From assembly GCA_009103225.1 (NCBI GenBank), contig RHPI01003753.1, positions 1 through 64,000 on the forward strand: a DNA stretch of 64,000 nt, read 5' to 3'. Within the stretch, counting starts at the first letter, position 1; each line of letters begins with the position of its first letter. Below are positions 37,080-50,609 of the stretch, in pieces. A program made the translations under genes and the position numbers. Source of the stretch: Chlorokybus atmophyticus. Taxonomy: Eukaryota; Plantae; Mesostigma and Chlorokybus algae. Below the pieces are notes generated by a model. That model did not search any database. It saw nothing but the letters and a program-made list of their open reading frames with translations, and was not told where the DNA came from.

Positions 37080-38269
37080 TACACTGCCCACAAGTACCGG
37101 TATGTGAGTGTGTGCTAGGTAAACTGTGTTGTGAGAACTAATCGCATTGCTTGATGAACATGAGCTAAGGGAACTCGGTGCATGTCGTTGGCAAATAATG
37201 TGACTCGCATTGTCAGGTGAGTGCTCGACGGGACTGTGAAGGACATGTTCGGTGTTTGCGCATGAACGCATATTAGTGCATGTAGTACATTTAATTTCAC
37301 TTACAGTGTTTAAACCGAAATGATCATCAAATTCTTGATTTACAGAATCTTTAAGGGTTACAGCCGTTTCGTAGAAGTGGATAAGTAGGTAGGGTAGCCT
37401 AAGTTATGGTATGCAATCAACAACTACAACTCAAGCGTCAACACCGTTATCAATACCTAACTTAATTGCTAATGTGTGGTGCATATGTTACATAACACCC
37501 AAGAGTTGCACCTTGTTTAAGAGCCAAGCAACCAAGCAACCAAGCATACGAAGCATACACATAAGATGAAGTGGGGGTCAAGACTGATTTACAAACTTCT
37601 AGCCAAGCAACTCCAACGTTTTATGGTTGTTAACACGTAGTGACCCTCAAGCCAATACAGCAGATGGTTGTCAGAAGCAGACAGTTGTCGTGCCTACCGA
37701 GCTCGTGCGCTATGGTGTCGAGACCCTTTACCCTTATCGTGTGACGCATTTCCAAAATATAGTTATATATGGGTGTAACCGTCATTCTGAATCCTGGAAC
37801 TCATGCATTCTTAATTATAAAAGGGCAAAAGTATAGTACAAGCCCTGCTATTTCCAACTTAGGCTTTATATGGTTGTAGCCCACCTTGCTATGATCAAGG
37901 AATCAACAGGCTGCGCAACAAGCTGAATGCAATCTGAATGGTTGTATCAATGAAACTATCAGCATGTGAACTTGCATAAGAGAGACATTGGCATGCGCAA
38001 ACTGAATGACGTAGCGAAGGGACTAATTGCACAGCGCAAGCAGTCAAGCACGAGTGTGTATAACACTGATGCGCATGTACCTGAATGCACTCGAGCACAG
38101 CCAGCATACGTACGCAAGCACAGGATGGATCAGACTCATGGTATGGCAGATAGTTGGGTTACTTCGGTTTCACTCAAACACTTGCTGTCTCACAAAGGAA
38201 CCACACAACTGCACACAGTACGTATATGACCGTCATATAGTGACTGAGCTAACCACTGGCAATTACGTG

Positions 38270-38313
38270 TTACAGATCCGAAGCCTAGCAACCGCTAGGC
38301 TACGGATCTGTAA
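38270..38313. other. 20-bp inverted repeat with a 4-nt loop
   Basis: TTACAGATCCGAAGCCTAGC-AACC-GCTAGGCTACGGATCTGTAA, one mismatch. Confidence 0.85.
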
Positions 38314-39032
38314 TGCCACGGCCGTGCTCCTTTAAAGCCTCCCGCTCTTTCTTTCGCCTGTTCAGCTGCGTAACGAGTTTCCGCTCATAATTTTTGCGAG
38401 CTTCGGCTACGATGTACGAAACCTCAAAGCACAGGTCCCCATGAACCTGCTGCGCCGTGGTGTTCATTGGTACCAAGGTATGTGGATGACATTCTTATTT
38501 CATATTGCCAACTTTGAGGATGTCATGTACACATCAGAGCATGCACTGGGTGGAGGTTGGTACCCACAATACGATTGTGTAGTACACACTCACAGTCTGC
38601 GGTGAGGACAAGCATTGTCTTCTTGGAATATAACGCTATTGTAAACGTTGGATGTTGGAGTATGCTCACTTATGTAATCTAAGCTTAATGCCAGTTAGCT
38701 TGCTAGTATCCCACGCGGAAGGGCACCTCACTCAGCCACGAACAGTTTCAAGTCCGCTAGCTTATGTGGTTGTATCCCAATGCATCCGTTTTATGAAGAT
38801 ATGCACGTACCATTCGCATTTTGTGTCGGCTATGGTCACGTTGTTGTTGGTTATGCAACGTAAAGGGTACGCAAAGCGTGCGGTGATGGAAAAGTTGCAG
38901 AGGTGGATGTAGCGCCAGCGTGGGATGGTTTATGCTGGGATATACCAATACCTGTTCAAGCTGGTACACAAGTGGATGCAAGCAGCCACAGCTACGACAA
39001 GCAGGTGAGTGAGGATTATAAGGGGTAAGTAA

Positions 39033-40330
39033 ATGTGGGGATCCGAACAGATAAGATATTGTCGGATCACAAACCCATTAGCATGCTTCTCTCCGCGGAC
39101 TCTGCTCCTCGTGGCTCGGGCTTCTAAAAAGCTGGACCCCGCTCTCCTTTTCGAGCCATCATTCGTTCAGGCGGTGGAGAAGCAATGGCTTAATCATCAG
39201 TTGCTGCGCCCGCTCAGCATTGATCAACTTGGTTGGTTTGAATATGGCCTCGCACGATTGGCCAAGCAGTTCTCTTTTCGCAGCTTCGCTTGCAGCAAAA
39301 CGAGTCGTCTCTCCGCAGTGTCCTGGCCGATGCGGAATCTGCACTCTCAGCTTATCCTTCTTCAGACTCTATCTGGTGTGCGAGGGAGCAGGTGGTTTCC
39401 AGCTTGCGCAATCCGCAACAGCGCCAGTTGGAGGGTGCGTCCATTCGGGGCAGCAGCAGATGGCGGATGCATGCAGAGAGAATGACAAAGCTTTTCTTTG
39501 CGAAAGGAAAGGCGGACATGCTGTCCTCTTCTCTGCCTTCTCTCACACTCTACCAATTCTCACTCTCCCCCGCTGGTTCTGCCAGCGGACAGTGACAACG
39601 GGCTTCTACAAGGCGCTCTTTTCCTCCTCGCTTGGTGACAACGGGGCCAAGGAGAAGGCTCTCTTTCTTAATATTCTCGTTCACTATTATTTAATGGAAA
39701 TTGTTTTATCGTATACAAAATTGGGTAATTCGCTGGTATGCACTGCCGTCCCTACTACCAGCAGCTTCACCTTTGGTCTATACACCTTACATTGCCACAT
39801 TATATTTTATGGAGTGCTGGCTGCAGAGAGTACTTTTTGAATGCGTTGCGGTGGTTGAAGAGGTGTTTGACTCTGACTTATCCTCCTCTCTTAAGTCTCC
39901 AGTCACTGTTGCTGAGTTGCTTGCTGCGCTTAAAGCCATGGAGCCGCACAAGTGTCCAGGGCATGATGGTTTGACTGCTCTCTGTTGGCAGCACATATGG
40001 CCGGTGCTGGGTCACTATTGGCGCTATTGCACCCAGGTTCTACAGGAAGAGCACATGGGTTCTTCACAGCTGCTTGGCATCATCACGCTTATCCACAAGA
40101 AAGGTGCCACAAGCGACCTCCGTAATTGGAGACCCATCATGCTGTTGCCTTCTCATTTTCAAGATTCTTGCGGAGGTGTTGGCATCACGCATCTTGAGCT
40201 GCTATATGTGGAGCAAACATGCTTTGTGAAACACATTTACATCCTAAACAACGTTCTCACATTTTTTGATACTATTGCCTGCGCGGAGGAATCATTTTAG
40301 CGCGTGGCTCTGCTGTCAAACTTTGATGAA
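39033..40330 (+). mobile_element. Degenerate non-LTR retrotransposon (L1/Tx1-like) ORF2 fragment: post-endonuclease linker and start of RT
   Basis: KLDPALL..PSFVQAV..W; GASIRGSSRW...ERMTKLFF; HKCPGHDGL...W..IWPVLG; GIITLIHKKGATSDLRNWRPIMLL. Frameshifted. Confidence 0.88.
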
Positions 40331-40951
40331 TTCCGGTACCCTATGCATATTCAGTTGCAGATGTACATGGCATGCAATGAATGATGCAACCTGCGCTTCC
40401 TGGTGCTTCACCATTTACCCAGTCAGTACACTCTCGCTGCTGCTCACTGCCTCCACATAACACACATCACGTGCATATTCTGCACACTCAGCAACGCAGA
40501 TACAACAATGCGACCAGCAGGCACACATGCACGTCACCTCATTTCCAGTACCATGCGTCAAAAGTAACCCTGATTCAAGCACTGACTGCACGCTCAGGTC
40601 AACCACATACAAAACAGACAGCTCTGTCTTGAAAGCTGACAGACAGCTCACAACCTTTCAACCCGTCCCATTTGGTTCTTGTAAATTCTCCATCGGAAGT
40701 CCGCAGGTCCTGGCCTTTGGTATCCTATATAACCCGGATGGCACATGCCCAAAGTCATCACCACGCTGGGACTGGTGTAAGTAGGGGGCCCTCATAGTGC
40801 GCTCCAATCCATCCAATGGAGTGGGTCTTCAAACACAACGACGCAAAAGGAGGTTTCATATGCATGTACGTGCGTGTGTCCCAGCATCAAGCAAGATATG
40901 CCTGCTCGCGCGCGGGAGGGTTGATGCATTTATCACTGCCCCGGTTAAAAG

Positions 40952-42091
40952 TTATGATGCCGGGGCGTCTTCTGTCACGGTCACCAGCTCATACTCAACG
41001 GCCGAAAGGTTGTTCTCAGTGTTGGGCTCAAACGACGCGGGATCGGCAGGTTGCACGAGCCCCCACTTGTCAACCGCCAGGCGCATGCTGCCCTTGAACA
41101 TGTCAATCTTCGCATTGCGCACGTTGACGGTTGCGCCCTCCTTCATCAGATCAACTGCATGCACAATTTGATGAAATGTAAGACCGAGATCAACACGCAC
41201 GCGAGTCAGAGTTGAATGTGCCAGCAAATTGTGTAGTGTTTTGAGGACCCATCAGTAAGATGAGCACATTGTTATTCATGTGTATACAGGACACAAGACC
41301 AGATGAGTGCAGAATCACTGCATGTTGGCTGACGTAAGATTTGTGTTGCACAAAGGGATCAAGAAATGCAGCTGACACAGCATGAAATACGCACCCTGCT
41401 GGTTTCGGGCTGTGAAGACAATGACGCCGGTGTCATCACCCACCACGCACTCTGCAATACGCACGCCAGAGCCGTCCGCCCTCGACCGCTGCACCACCAG
41501 CTTGCAGGACACCACTTTCAGCGTCAGATTGTGACCCGAAGTGCCTGGCCGCAAGTCCTGCACCTGAGATCAAAAACATCGAAACAATACTTTGAGTTTA
41601 CTTAGCAGCATATTGATCAAGATCAGGTGAAACTGATGCCATGGCACGGCTTCGTTGCCATGTATGCTACTTTCATGGCATGCTCGATGCAAAAACCAAC
41701 CACGTAGCACAATGTGCGGGTCGCATTGCAAATTGCAGGCCTGATGGCGCTACTTGCAACACAATTGAATAATTGCACAGCTTCATTGCTGGTGGCAAGG
41801 CTGGTGTGCACAATAAGCAAAGTGTCACAGACTGCTAATCAAGCGAAAAGGGAAGAGTGCAAAAAGTGCTCGCAACTTGGGATTGCATGCAGGCATGCTC
41901 ACTGTGGCTAAGGCAAGCCGAGACGGCCAGCAGTATGTCATCTAACCGCACTTCACCCAGCTGCGACATGTCACTCCGATTGCGACATGTGCGTATATTA
42001 CAGCAAGGGCACAGTTTAAGCTGACAGAATGCGCTCTTGCTCTGACCTTGATGAATACAGGTTTCCGCAGCGGCTGGCCTGTGGAGGTCAT
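40952..42091 (-). CDS. Nucleic-acid-binding OB-fold protein, At4g28440-like (exons 42091-42047, 41563-41395, 41154-40952)
   Basis: MTSTGQPLRKPVFIKVQDLRPGTSGHNLTLKVV...IAECVVGDDTGVIVFTARNQQVDLMKEGATVNVRNAKIDMFKGSMRLAVDKWG...NNLSAVEYELV, with canonical splice sites. Confidence 0.92.
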
Positions 42092-42224
42092 GACTGCTGT
42101 AGTGCAAAGATCAACGCAAGAGGGACGGCAAACTTGTGCAAGTACACCAGGACAACTCCTCCTTCTCCCAATCTTCCTCCTCCGCCACCACCGCAGCCAC
42201 AGCCACCGCCGCTACCTGATCGTC

Positions 42225-42264
42225 AAACCCTAATGAATGCCTAAGTGACGCCCAACAACCCTAA
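42225..42264 (+). promoter_or_regulatory. Two telo-box motifs in the bidirectional promoter between the OB-fold and WDR54-like genes
   Basis: AAACCCTAA at 42225-42233 and AACCCTAA at 42257-42264, within a 255-bp head-to-head interval. Confidence 0.45.
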
Positions 42265-42346
42265 CGCCGGTTTGCTAACTGCATTGAGCTCACTCTGCAC
42301 CGTCCGATCACCCGCAAAGCCGGTCCCCATCACGGTCACGGCGAAA

Positions 42347-44459
42347 ATGGCTTTCAAGCGTGGATATCAGCTGGTACTGGGTGGAGGACGAGAGGATATC
42401 ATACACTGCTACCAACTACCATGCCAAACCTGGTCAATGGGCTTCGGTCCCAATGGAGCCACTCAGAACCGTCTGATGGGCCGTTTGCCAGTGATCTTTT
42501 TCACGGAAGTACCCGTCGTTTGACTCTCATCACGTGACAGGGGCTAACCAACTGGACTCTGTGGCTGCCACGTGGCACCAACTTGTTATCCGTGATGGCG
42601 GTGGCGGCGGCGGGCGAGCGCCACGTAGCAGCGCTGCCGTCGACGGTCAGCCACCGCCCCAACAACCTCGCCCACGGCGGCGGCCGTCTCGCCTATGTCG
42701 CCGGCGGCACAGACAGCTGCGTCAGGACCGTTGATGAACACCAGGCAGCCGCCGCACAACCTGTGAGCTGTAGCATGCATTCTCATACATGCACGCAGCT
42801 GTGTTCTTAAACCAGCCAAGAAACCTGAATATGAATCTCCATGCTGGCAGATGACATCGAGTTCTTATGGGCGCATCCCAACAAGCAACGTGTCGCAAGC
42901 AAAGATGTGCCCCATAACAGACGGAGATAACACAAATACTTTTGTCATCGCCCTCACAACCGCAACCGATATCCAGGTGAGGTCAGATCCAAGTTATACA
43001 TCAAAATATCATACATGCATTATCTGTGCATTGTTGGAGTAACTCGAGGTTCGTTGTATTTTTAAATGCTCTAGATTTGGGATGCAAGTGGAGCGCGAAT
43101 GTTGTTCACGCATGCGTTGCGGGCAGCAATGAGCAGCAATGGATTGATGAGGGGGATATCAGCAGTGCGATCGGGGGACAACAGAACCCACGTTTGTTTT
43201 GGGGATGCAAGCGGGAGCATTCACATCGTCAGCTGCGAAGTAAGTGAGTCTGTTGACCGCACTGGGTGTGCACACGCATGCAGGCGCGTGCACATCGGGG
43301 TGTACGTGCAGCAATCATATGTGCATGCGCGTACGCGCGTGTGCATGTGAGCGAGCGCGCGCACGGGCATGAGTACATGCGTACACACTTGTGGGTATGC
43401 CTTTGGGACATACATTTCATTGATGCCACAGAAAGGCAACAAGTTCAAGTACGCAGCGTCTTTACAAGCCCACACGGCGCCCGTATCAGACGTGTCGTCC
43501 CAGTATCAGTGCTCAGAGGGGGCTGATATCGGCCACGAGCACAACTTCTTCGCCAGCACAGATACAGAGGTGAGGCCGATTGCGCTACGCACTCAAAAAT
43601 GCACAACAAACAACGCAGTAACAAACGACTAGTGGCAATCCCGCAGGGTAATGTGGTCACTTGGGAGGCCATCAAGGCGCAGGAGTTTCAGCAGCGAGAT
43701 CGCGCGGACGGCAGCGGCGAGCCCGTGGTTGCGTTGGGCGTGTGCGCGGCGGCCAGTACGTTGCTGGCTTTGGAGTGGATGGGCAAGCTCAGGGTGTACG
43801 GCATGGTGCGTTTGCATAGCAAATGTTCCGATGCTTTGTATCATTGCACACATGCACGCACATAATCACGAGCGCTCACACATGTGCACACACACATGCA
43901 ACCGGAGCATATGCTCCCTCTGCTTGTATGACTTTGTGTGTGACTGTGTTGAGCCAAGTTGCGACCTCGAGTGTGACTGTAAAGTAAAGCAGGGTGCAGG
44001 TGTGCTGGTGCTGAGGGCAGAGGTAGTCGCCCACGCGCGCTTCGCCACGTGCCTTGCTGTCCACCCTTCCAAAGATATTTTTGCCACGGGCGGGGAGGAC
44101 GGCTGCGTCACTGCATGGACCCTCACCAAGGACGCATCGCAACCCGTGAGTGCTGTTGCTACCCGTGTCACGAGGTTTGCTTGCAGCATGTTGTCTGTAC
44201 CCGCAACATGCTACTCTACTCATTCATATGCATACACGCGCATGCAAGTGCGCACTTACGCGCATGCACACATCAGCGCTCCCCTGCGTGCGCTTGTACT
44301 CACACGCAAGCGTATATGCAGGTGGGTGTGGTGTTGTCTGTGGTGTGGACGGATGCGATGGTGGTGGGGCTGGCATTCTGCGGGGACAAGTGCGGCAAGT
44401 TATCGGCCGCCGCGTATGACCGGGATCAGCTCACGGTGTGGTCACTACCCACCAGTTAA
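42347..44459 (+). CDS. WDR54: WD40-repeat protein, WDR54-like
   Basis: MAFKRGYQL start; LPSTVSHRPNNL; CFGDASGSIH; AEVVAHARFATCLAVHPSKDIFATGGEDG; MVVGLAF...AAAYDRDQLTVW. Confidence 0.65.
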
Positions 44460-46674
44460 CAAGGGAAATATATGTTGATTGCAAGTAACTCACTCATGTA
44501 CACAGCAAACTACCAGAGCCTTTCTAATGTCGTATATAGCATTGCTCAATCACTCAACATATTGCCATGAAAACAGTTGTTCACAACATCAATGTCAAAG
44601 TATCAAGTATCCGGTCATTCACTTGACAGTGGATGCTCGTCATAGAACTTACAAGTGGTTATGTCAATCTCTTCAGCAATGGGAAAGCAACTTACCATAT
44701 GTACCTCACAACGCAGCCTTGTGGTAGATTCGCATGCTAATGCCACTAGCTCTCAACGAAATCTGAATAACAAGTAACAAATCAAACTTTGTTAAAGATG
44801 TCATAACAATTGCTTTGCATGTCCAAGCATTGTATGTGCATAAGGGAAAAAAACATGAAAACATAAAATTGCTTAGCCTGTATGACAACAACAGAGGACA
44901 TCACCAACAACGCACACACTCGTGCACGCACACACGCGCACACACATACACGCGCGCAAGTATGCATGTAGTTGTACAAAGATACCATTGTGCAGGTGCA
45001 ACTGTTGCAGTAATGTGTGCGGGTATTCAATCACAAGCACAAGCATATGCAGTATAAAAGAAACAAACACACTGCAGTTTTACATGGCTTTTGACAATCG
45101 AGCACATTGTTAAGGTACGGCTGCTAAGACTTAAGGCTAAACATTGAACTTGTTTATTGCTTGCATGCATTGCAACTAACCACTGTCGGTTTATACTTGC
45201 GGCTGCATTGCTCAAGATCTACGTATACTTGAACAAATGTAACTTAGGATTCTTTTGGTATGCAGCAATCAATTTGCATTTGCATCAAGTAGAGATGTTA
45301 CGTGTGAGGCGCAACATGTCCAAGTTACATTTATTCAAGTATATGTCGATGCGAATGCAAATTGATTGCTTCATATTATAAGAAGCCCAACCTCTAGGTC
45401 ACATACACGCATGAGCAAACGCATTACATGCAACGTAAAGTAATAAATAATTTGTATAAAATGAGAATCACACATTTAGTAATGAGAGTTGATTTTCAAC
45501 GGTATGTACATCACGCAAACCTGTTGAGTTCAGCTGTGTTGACAAGCTTTAAACATGATCTAGACGCTACATGCAGCGCAGTGCAGCTAACGAGTTGGCA
45601 TGCACCATTGGTGCAAAACACAAACGCACACAATCACTATAATGTAAGAGTTAAAGTTGAGTTAAGTTATATGATATCACATTGATTTTGTTACACAACC
45701 ATACGCCTCACATGTACAGGTGATCAAGTACGTTTTCTTAAGTTTTCAGTGATGAAGAATGCGAGGAGCACATAGCATTGTGACACATGATAGCGGTCAT
45801 AAACGCCAGGCAATGTGACCGAGATTGTAGCCACATCCGATGACACAGATGTCCCGGCAATGCGCGGCAGGCACGTGACATGTGATGATGACGTCAAACT
45901 GCCGTCCGCGTCGGACACGCAACAATTACGCTCATGCTTTGCTGCTGCAGTGTAACGGCTATGCCCCAGATGGCGTATCTCGGACACCGTATATTCAAAA
46001 GCGTGTGCTGCCCGCTTGGCGCCAGCGGCAGGGCTGGCGGCGTGGTTGTCCACCGCTGTGTCATGGTCGGGAGAGCTCAGCACAGCTGTCAAGTACATTG
46101 TGCCTGCCTCTTCTGCTTCGCCTCATGGTATGCGTGCGCTGGGCACATTCAGTGGCAAATGTGCCTGTCAAATCGGCAGTGGCCAGCTTTGTCTCCCAAG
46201 CAGCATGTTGGTGATGGAGGCTGCTGCCGTGGTCAAACGTATGTGGTCGATAAAACATGTTGCTGTGTTGAGAAAGAGCATGGTCAGGGGAGCGGTGGGA
46301 GGCATTTGTCAGTGCTCCCTGCGTGTGCTTACTGGCCAGAGCATGCTGAGAACAGCTCAACTAGTGCAAGCATGCACAAAAGCATGTCTGATGGCCTTGC
46401 ACTGAAATGATCAGTGTTTCTTGGCTTCACCGCTTCGCTTGTGTTTTGTTGTTAACATGTCATGCTTGTCACAGTGAGATGACAGCTGTGTGCATGCACT
46501 GATTGGCGTCTTGTACAAAAGTTCTTACTTATGTTGCTTTGTGGTGTACGTGAGAACGCAACATGGTGTACGCGCACACACACCACCCACAAGTCTTTAC
46601 AATACTCACATTTGCGTCATGCCCTGCAGCTGTTAGGAGGTACTGGGTCACTTCCCCCACCCAAAAGCTGAACA

Positions 46675-49600
46675 ATGAAGGCAGCGCCGGCCATGTCATC
46701 ACCACACACGCTGCTACTACTGTTGTTGTTGTTGTTAGGCAGCATAACAACATTGCACAGTCAGCCCACAACAACAACAACAACACTCACGCTCTCTCCA
46801 ACACCGACGGCACCCTACTATGAAGCCGGCAGCGCCTTTGTCGGCTACGCTATGGAGTACGCCGACGCCGCAAGCTACCTCGGCTTCGGCCGCACCAACA
46901 ACAATGTGCCAGACAGTTATTTTGTGCAGCTGTTGAGCAATTTGGGTGCGTTGGGGCAGAGGCCTGTGCTGCGGATGGGAGGAAAACCGTCGTTTCAAGC
47001 GCGTTGGGATGCTGCCGGCGGGAACATGGACCCGAACGACCCCTACAAGCTCACACCAGAGTTCCTGACGGTGGGTGAGAGTGTGTGTTGTGTAATTGCA
47101 CAGCTTGTTGTACTTGTGTGTTGACAAGTTCGCAGTGCAGTACTAGGCCACACACTGCGCATGGTGTACTAGCGCTTGTTTGTGCACACATGCGCACGTG
47201 TGCAGGCGTACCTATGTGCATGCATGTATGCGCACGGGTGTAGTTGCATGCCTGAGTGCGTGCCAGGGTTCATGTCTGGGTGCAAGCGCGCATGTCACAG
47301 TCACAGGCGCCCTTGCACGCGTGTCTCCTGGCTTCATGTGCGCTTGCACTGGCGCACGTGTCAAGCATGTGAGTATCAACTACCTGCATTCAATCGCACA
47401 CAACCCAACCTCATCGATAAACATCCCTCCTGCAGGCGCTGAAGGATTTGGCAGTGGCAACCAACGCGCTGTCCGACTTGGCGCTGGTGCTGCCGAGTGC
47501 GGGCAACCCGAGCGGGTTGGGAGCAGACTTCCTTATAGCATTCTACCAGACTGCAGGCAACCTGAGAGGAGTTTCCATGGCGAATGAGTTCTGCACGTTG
47601 CCTGAGATCGGCGTTGAATTCAACACGTCTTTGACACCTTACCTAGCGTACACCGTGGCGGGATACCCCAATTCGCCGTGGGACTGGGACACTTATCTCA
47701 CGGTGTGTGGGTTTGTTGTTGTGTTGTTGTTTGTGTCGGTCGATTGCGACATCCAATAATGCTTGTGATAGGTGTTGGACCACTATGTCAACGAGGTGAA
47801 CCCGCTGCTGGCCGCGCAAGGCGTGCCCACAAACCTGTGGATTGGAGGGGACCTGCCGCTGTTCTATGCCAACATTTGCTGGTGGAGAAACACCACGGTG
47901 CGCAGTCCAATACCATGTGCACGCGCGCATGTGTGGTTGAGTATCTGATGTGGTGTGAGCTTCCATTTCATTTCATTCAATATTTGGCTTGTTTCTGTGT
48001 GTGCTAGCTCGGTTGTGTGAGTTTGTCGCTCATCAGTCTGTTTGTGATGTATCGTGTGTTCGATGATTTATTTGCTCACTCGCTCAATCACATGTGTGCG
48101 TGGGCCAGGACTTCATTGACAGGTACATGACGGGGGGTGCGGGTGCCGTGTCGCGGACATTCTCGTGGCACCCGTACGCGCTGTCCAACTGCAACGCGCC
48201 GGCGGGAACCTACACTCTAGCTGATTTGTACACGCCGAGCGCGTGGGCGGGCGGGATTGGGCTCATCACCAACTACGTCGCGGCCATAAAGGCCCTTGGG
48301 GGAGAGGTGCAGTTCCTCGAGCACGGCACAGCTAACTGCCACGGCGTCCCGGGCATCAGCGACACATTTGGGTAATGCAACATTTGTCAACAACAGCAAC
48401 AACAGACGTGTGCACACCCACTCACACACGTGCATACACGCGATTGCGTACGCATGCACAAAGACACACGCACGCATGCATGATGTGTGTGCACGCTTGA
48501 AGTGCGACGCTTCTTCAGGGCTGCGGTGTATGAGGTTCATTTCCAGCTGGCGTCGGCGGCGGCAGGCGTAACCACGGTGGCATTGAGTGCCAAGGACTAC
48601 GGGTGAGTGGTTCAGTGCTTTGTTGCAGAACACATGTTGCTCACGAATGCTGTTTGTGCGCAACAGGTACTATACACCATTCATTGCAGCAAATGGCACG
48701 GGCCCAGATGGCGTGACTTACGAGCGTTGGGCTGTCCAACCAGTGTACTATGCCCAGTATGTTGTTGCAGAGGTACATCTGCTGTTGGTTTGTGTGCATG
48801 TTGTATCACACGCAACTCATCAGTTTCCGACATATGCGTACACTGCGTGACCTATGTGTGCAATTGAGCTGCAGGTGTTGGGTGCGAACGGTATAGTGCA
48901 GCCAATTGCGATTACTGATTCAGCAACAGCTGCACTGATGGAGGCATGGGTAGTGTACGATGGGCTGTCAAACGGATTTGCCGTCGTCGTTATCAACAAG
49001 GAGCTTGTTGAGGCTAATGCCGTCAGTCGTGAGACAAGAGCGCTCACCATATCCACTGGCACGGTGAGTAAAAATCTGATTATATGTACATAGCTGTTCT
49101 CAACGCACACCTGCTTGCAGACACGCAGTGTCTATGTTTATGCATGCACACGCGCGCAGGCAAGCACGTATACCTTTATGCACACCTTCACACGCATGCA
49201 CAACCGTGCAAACACGCAGCCACACAGCCGTACATGCACAGCCACATGATGCTTTTTGTGGTGCGCAGGATGTTGGGACGGCGTTAGTGAAGCGTTTGCA
49301 AGCCTCCAGTTCGTATGCAACGAGCGGCGTAACGTGGGGTGGACAGGGTTTTGCCAGCAGTCCAGACGGGAGAATATACGGCTCCCCCCAAGTGGAATCA
49401 CTCGTCCCAAGTGATGGCGTGTATGCACTCAGCATCAACCAGTCTGAAGTGGCTGTGGTCTACTTCCAGCGCACCCCGCCCCTGGTAGTGAACAACTACT
49501 CACCCCCACCCCCACCTTCACCTTCACCTTCACCTTCACCTTCACCCTCACCACTTTCACCCTCCACTTCATCATCACCACCCTCTCCTCTGTCCCAACA

Positions 49601-49847
49601 ACCACCAACAGCAACACAGCCCGCACCCGCGCCATGTGTGGCAACCAAAGGCCAGATAGTTGCTGTGACATGCACAGGGAATGATACGCTGTCACCCTCA
49701 CCTGGAGTGGTGGTTCATTATAACATCACGCCCTCGCTTGCTCCTGCACCAGCGCCCAATGGTGGTTGGCGATCAACAACAGCACGACCAAGCTGGCATT
49801 TGCTTGTTTTGCTCTCGTTTGTCACTTTGTTTCTGTATGCACTGTAG
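46675..49847 (+). CDS. Secreted glycoside hydrolase family 79-like (beta-glucuronidase/heparanase fold) with Ser/Pro linker and hydrophobic C-tail
   Basis: Signal peptide; FVGYAME; PVLRMGG; acid/base-type MANEF; HPY; nucleophile-type FLEHG..NCHGVPGISDTFG; VQPVYY; VVINK; VTWGGQGF; GPI/TM-like tail. Confidence 0.85.
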
Positions 49848-50423
49848 CCAAGAAGCAGTGTAAGATATTGGGCATGGTGAGACAAACAAGATATTCGTGC
49901 ACTTGGAAACACCTCTTGCACATCCACTTGTAAGTAGGTAATGGTAGGCAGTTTCACGGTAAGGTACCTTTCATAGATGTAGATGAATGTGGTTGCAGAG
50001 CATGGTGAGGCACAATGTAGTCATTGCGAGCAAGCCCAACTTGAACATGGTAATTTTTGAATGCCGCTGTCTATGGGGGATGTTGTATTGTTCCAATTTG
50101 TACTCAAGTTTGTGAATATTAATGTGATCGCGTTGGAACCCTTGAAGCGTGTTTTGAACATTGTGAAGAGCAATCATTCACAATTCTACAGGAGGCTAGT
50201 TATGTTACAAGAGATTGTGCATGTACACATTGAGATAACGGTTGGGTTTATGATCACGTTATTATACCAATGTACATAAGGGTAGTAGATTGTTTGCAAA
50301 GATACTTCACCTCCCACATTGCATTGCAATATATGCACATGCGCATTGATGACCTATGTGACATGTTGCAGCATGTACACCGCAACTGTTAATCGACAAT
50401 TGACATAAATGGACCCCCCCCCC

Positions 50424-50609
50424 NNNNNNNNNNNNNNNNNNNNNNNNNNNNNNNNNNNNNNNNNNNNNNNNNNNNNNNNNNNNNNNNNNNNNNNNNNNNN
50501 NNNNNNNNNNNNNNNNNNNNNNNNNNNNNNNNNNNNNNNNNNNNNNNNNNNNNNNNNNNNNNNNNNNNNNNNNNNNNNNNNNNNNNNNNNNNNNNNNNNN
50601 NNNNNNNNN
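50424..50609. other. Assembly gap (N run) flanked by poly-C and poly-G
   Basis: N bases. Confidence 0.99.

Noticed and set aside
45724-46410. Overlapping 100-160-aa ORFs on both strands
   Set aside because: No motifs or consistent splice model; composition resembles intronic or intergenic DNA.
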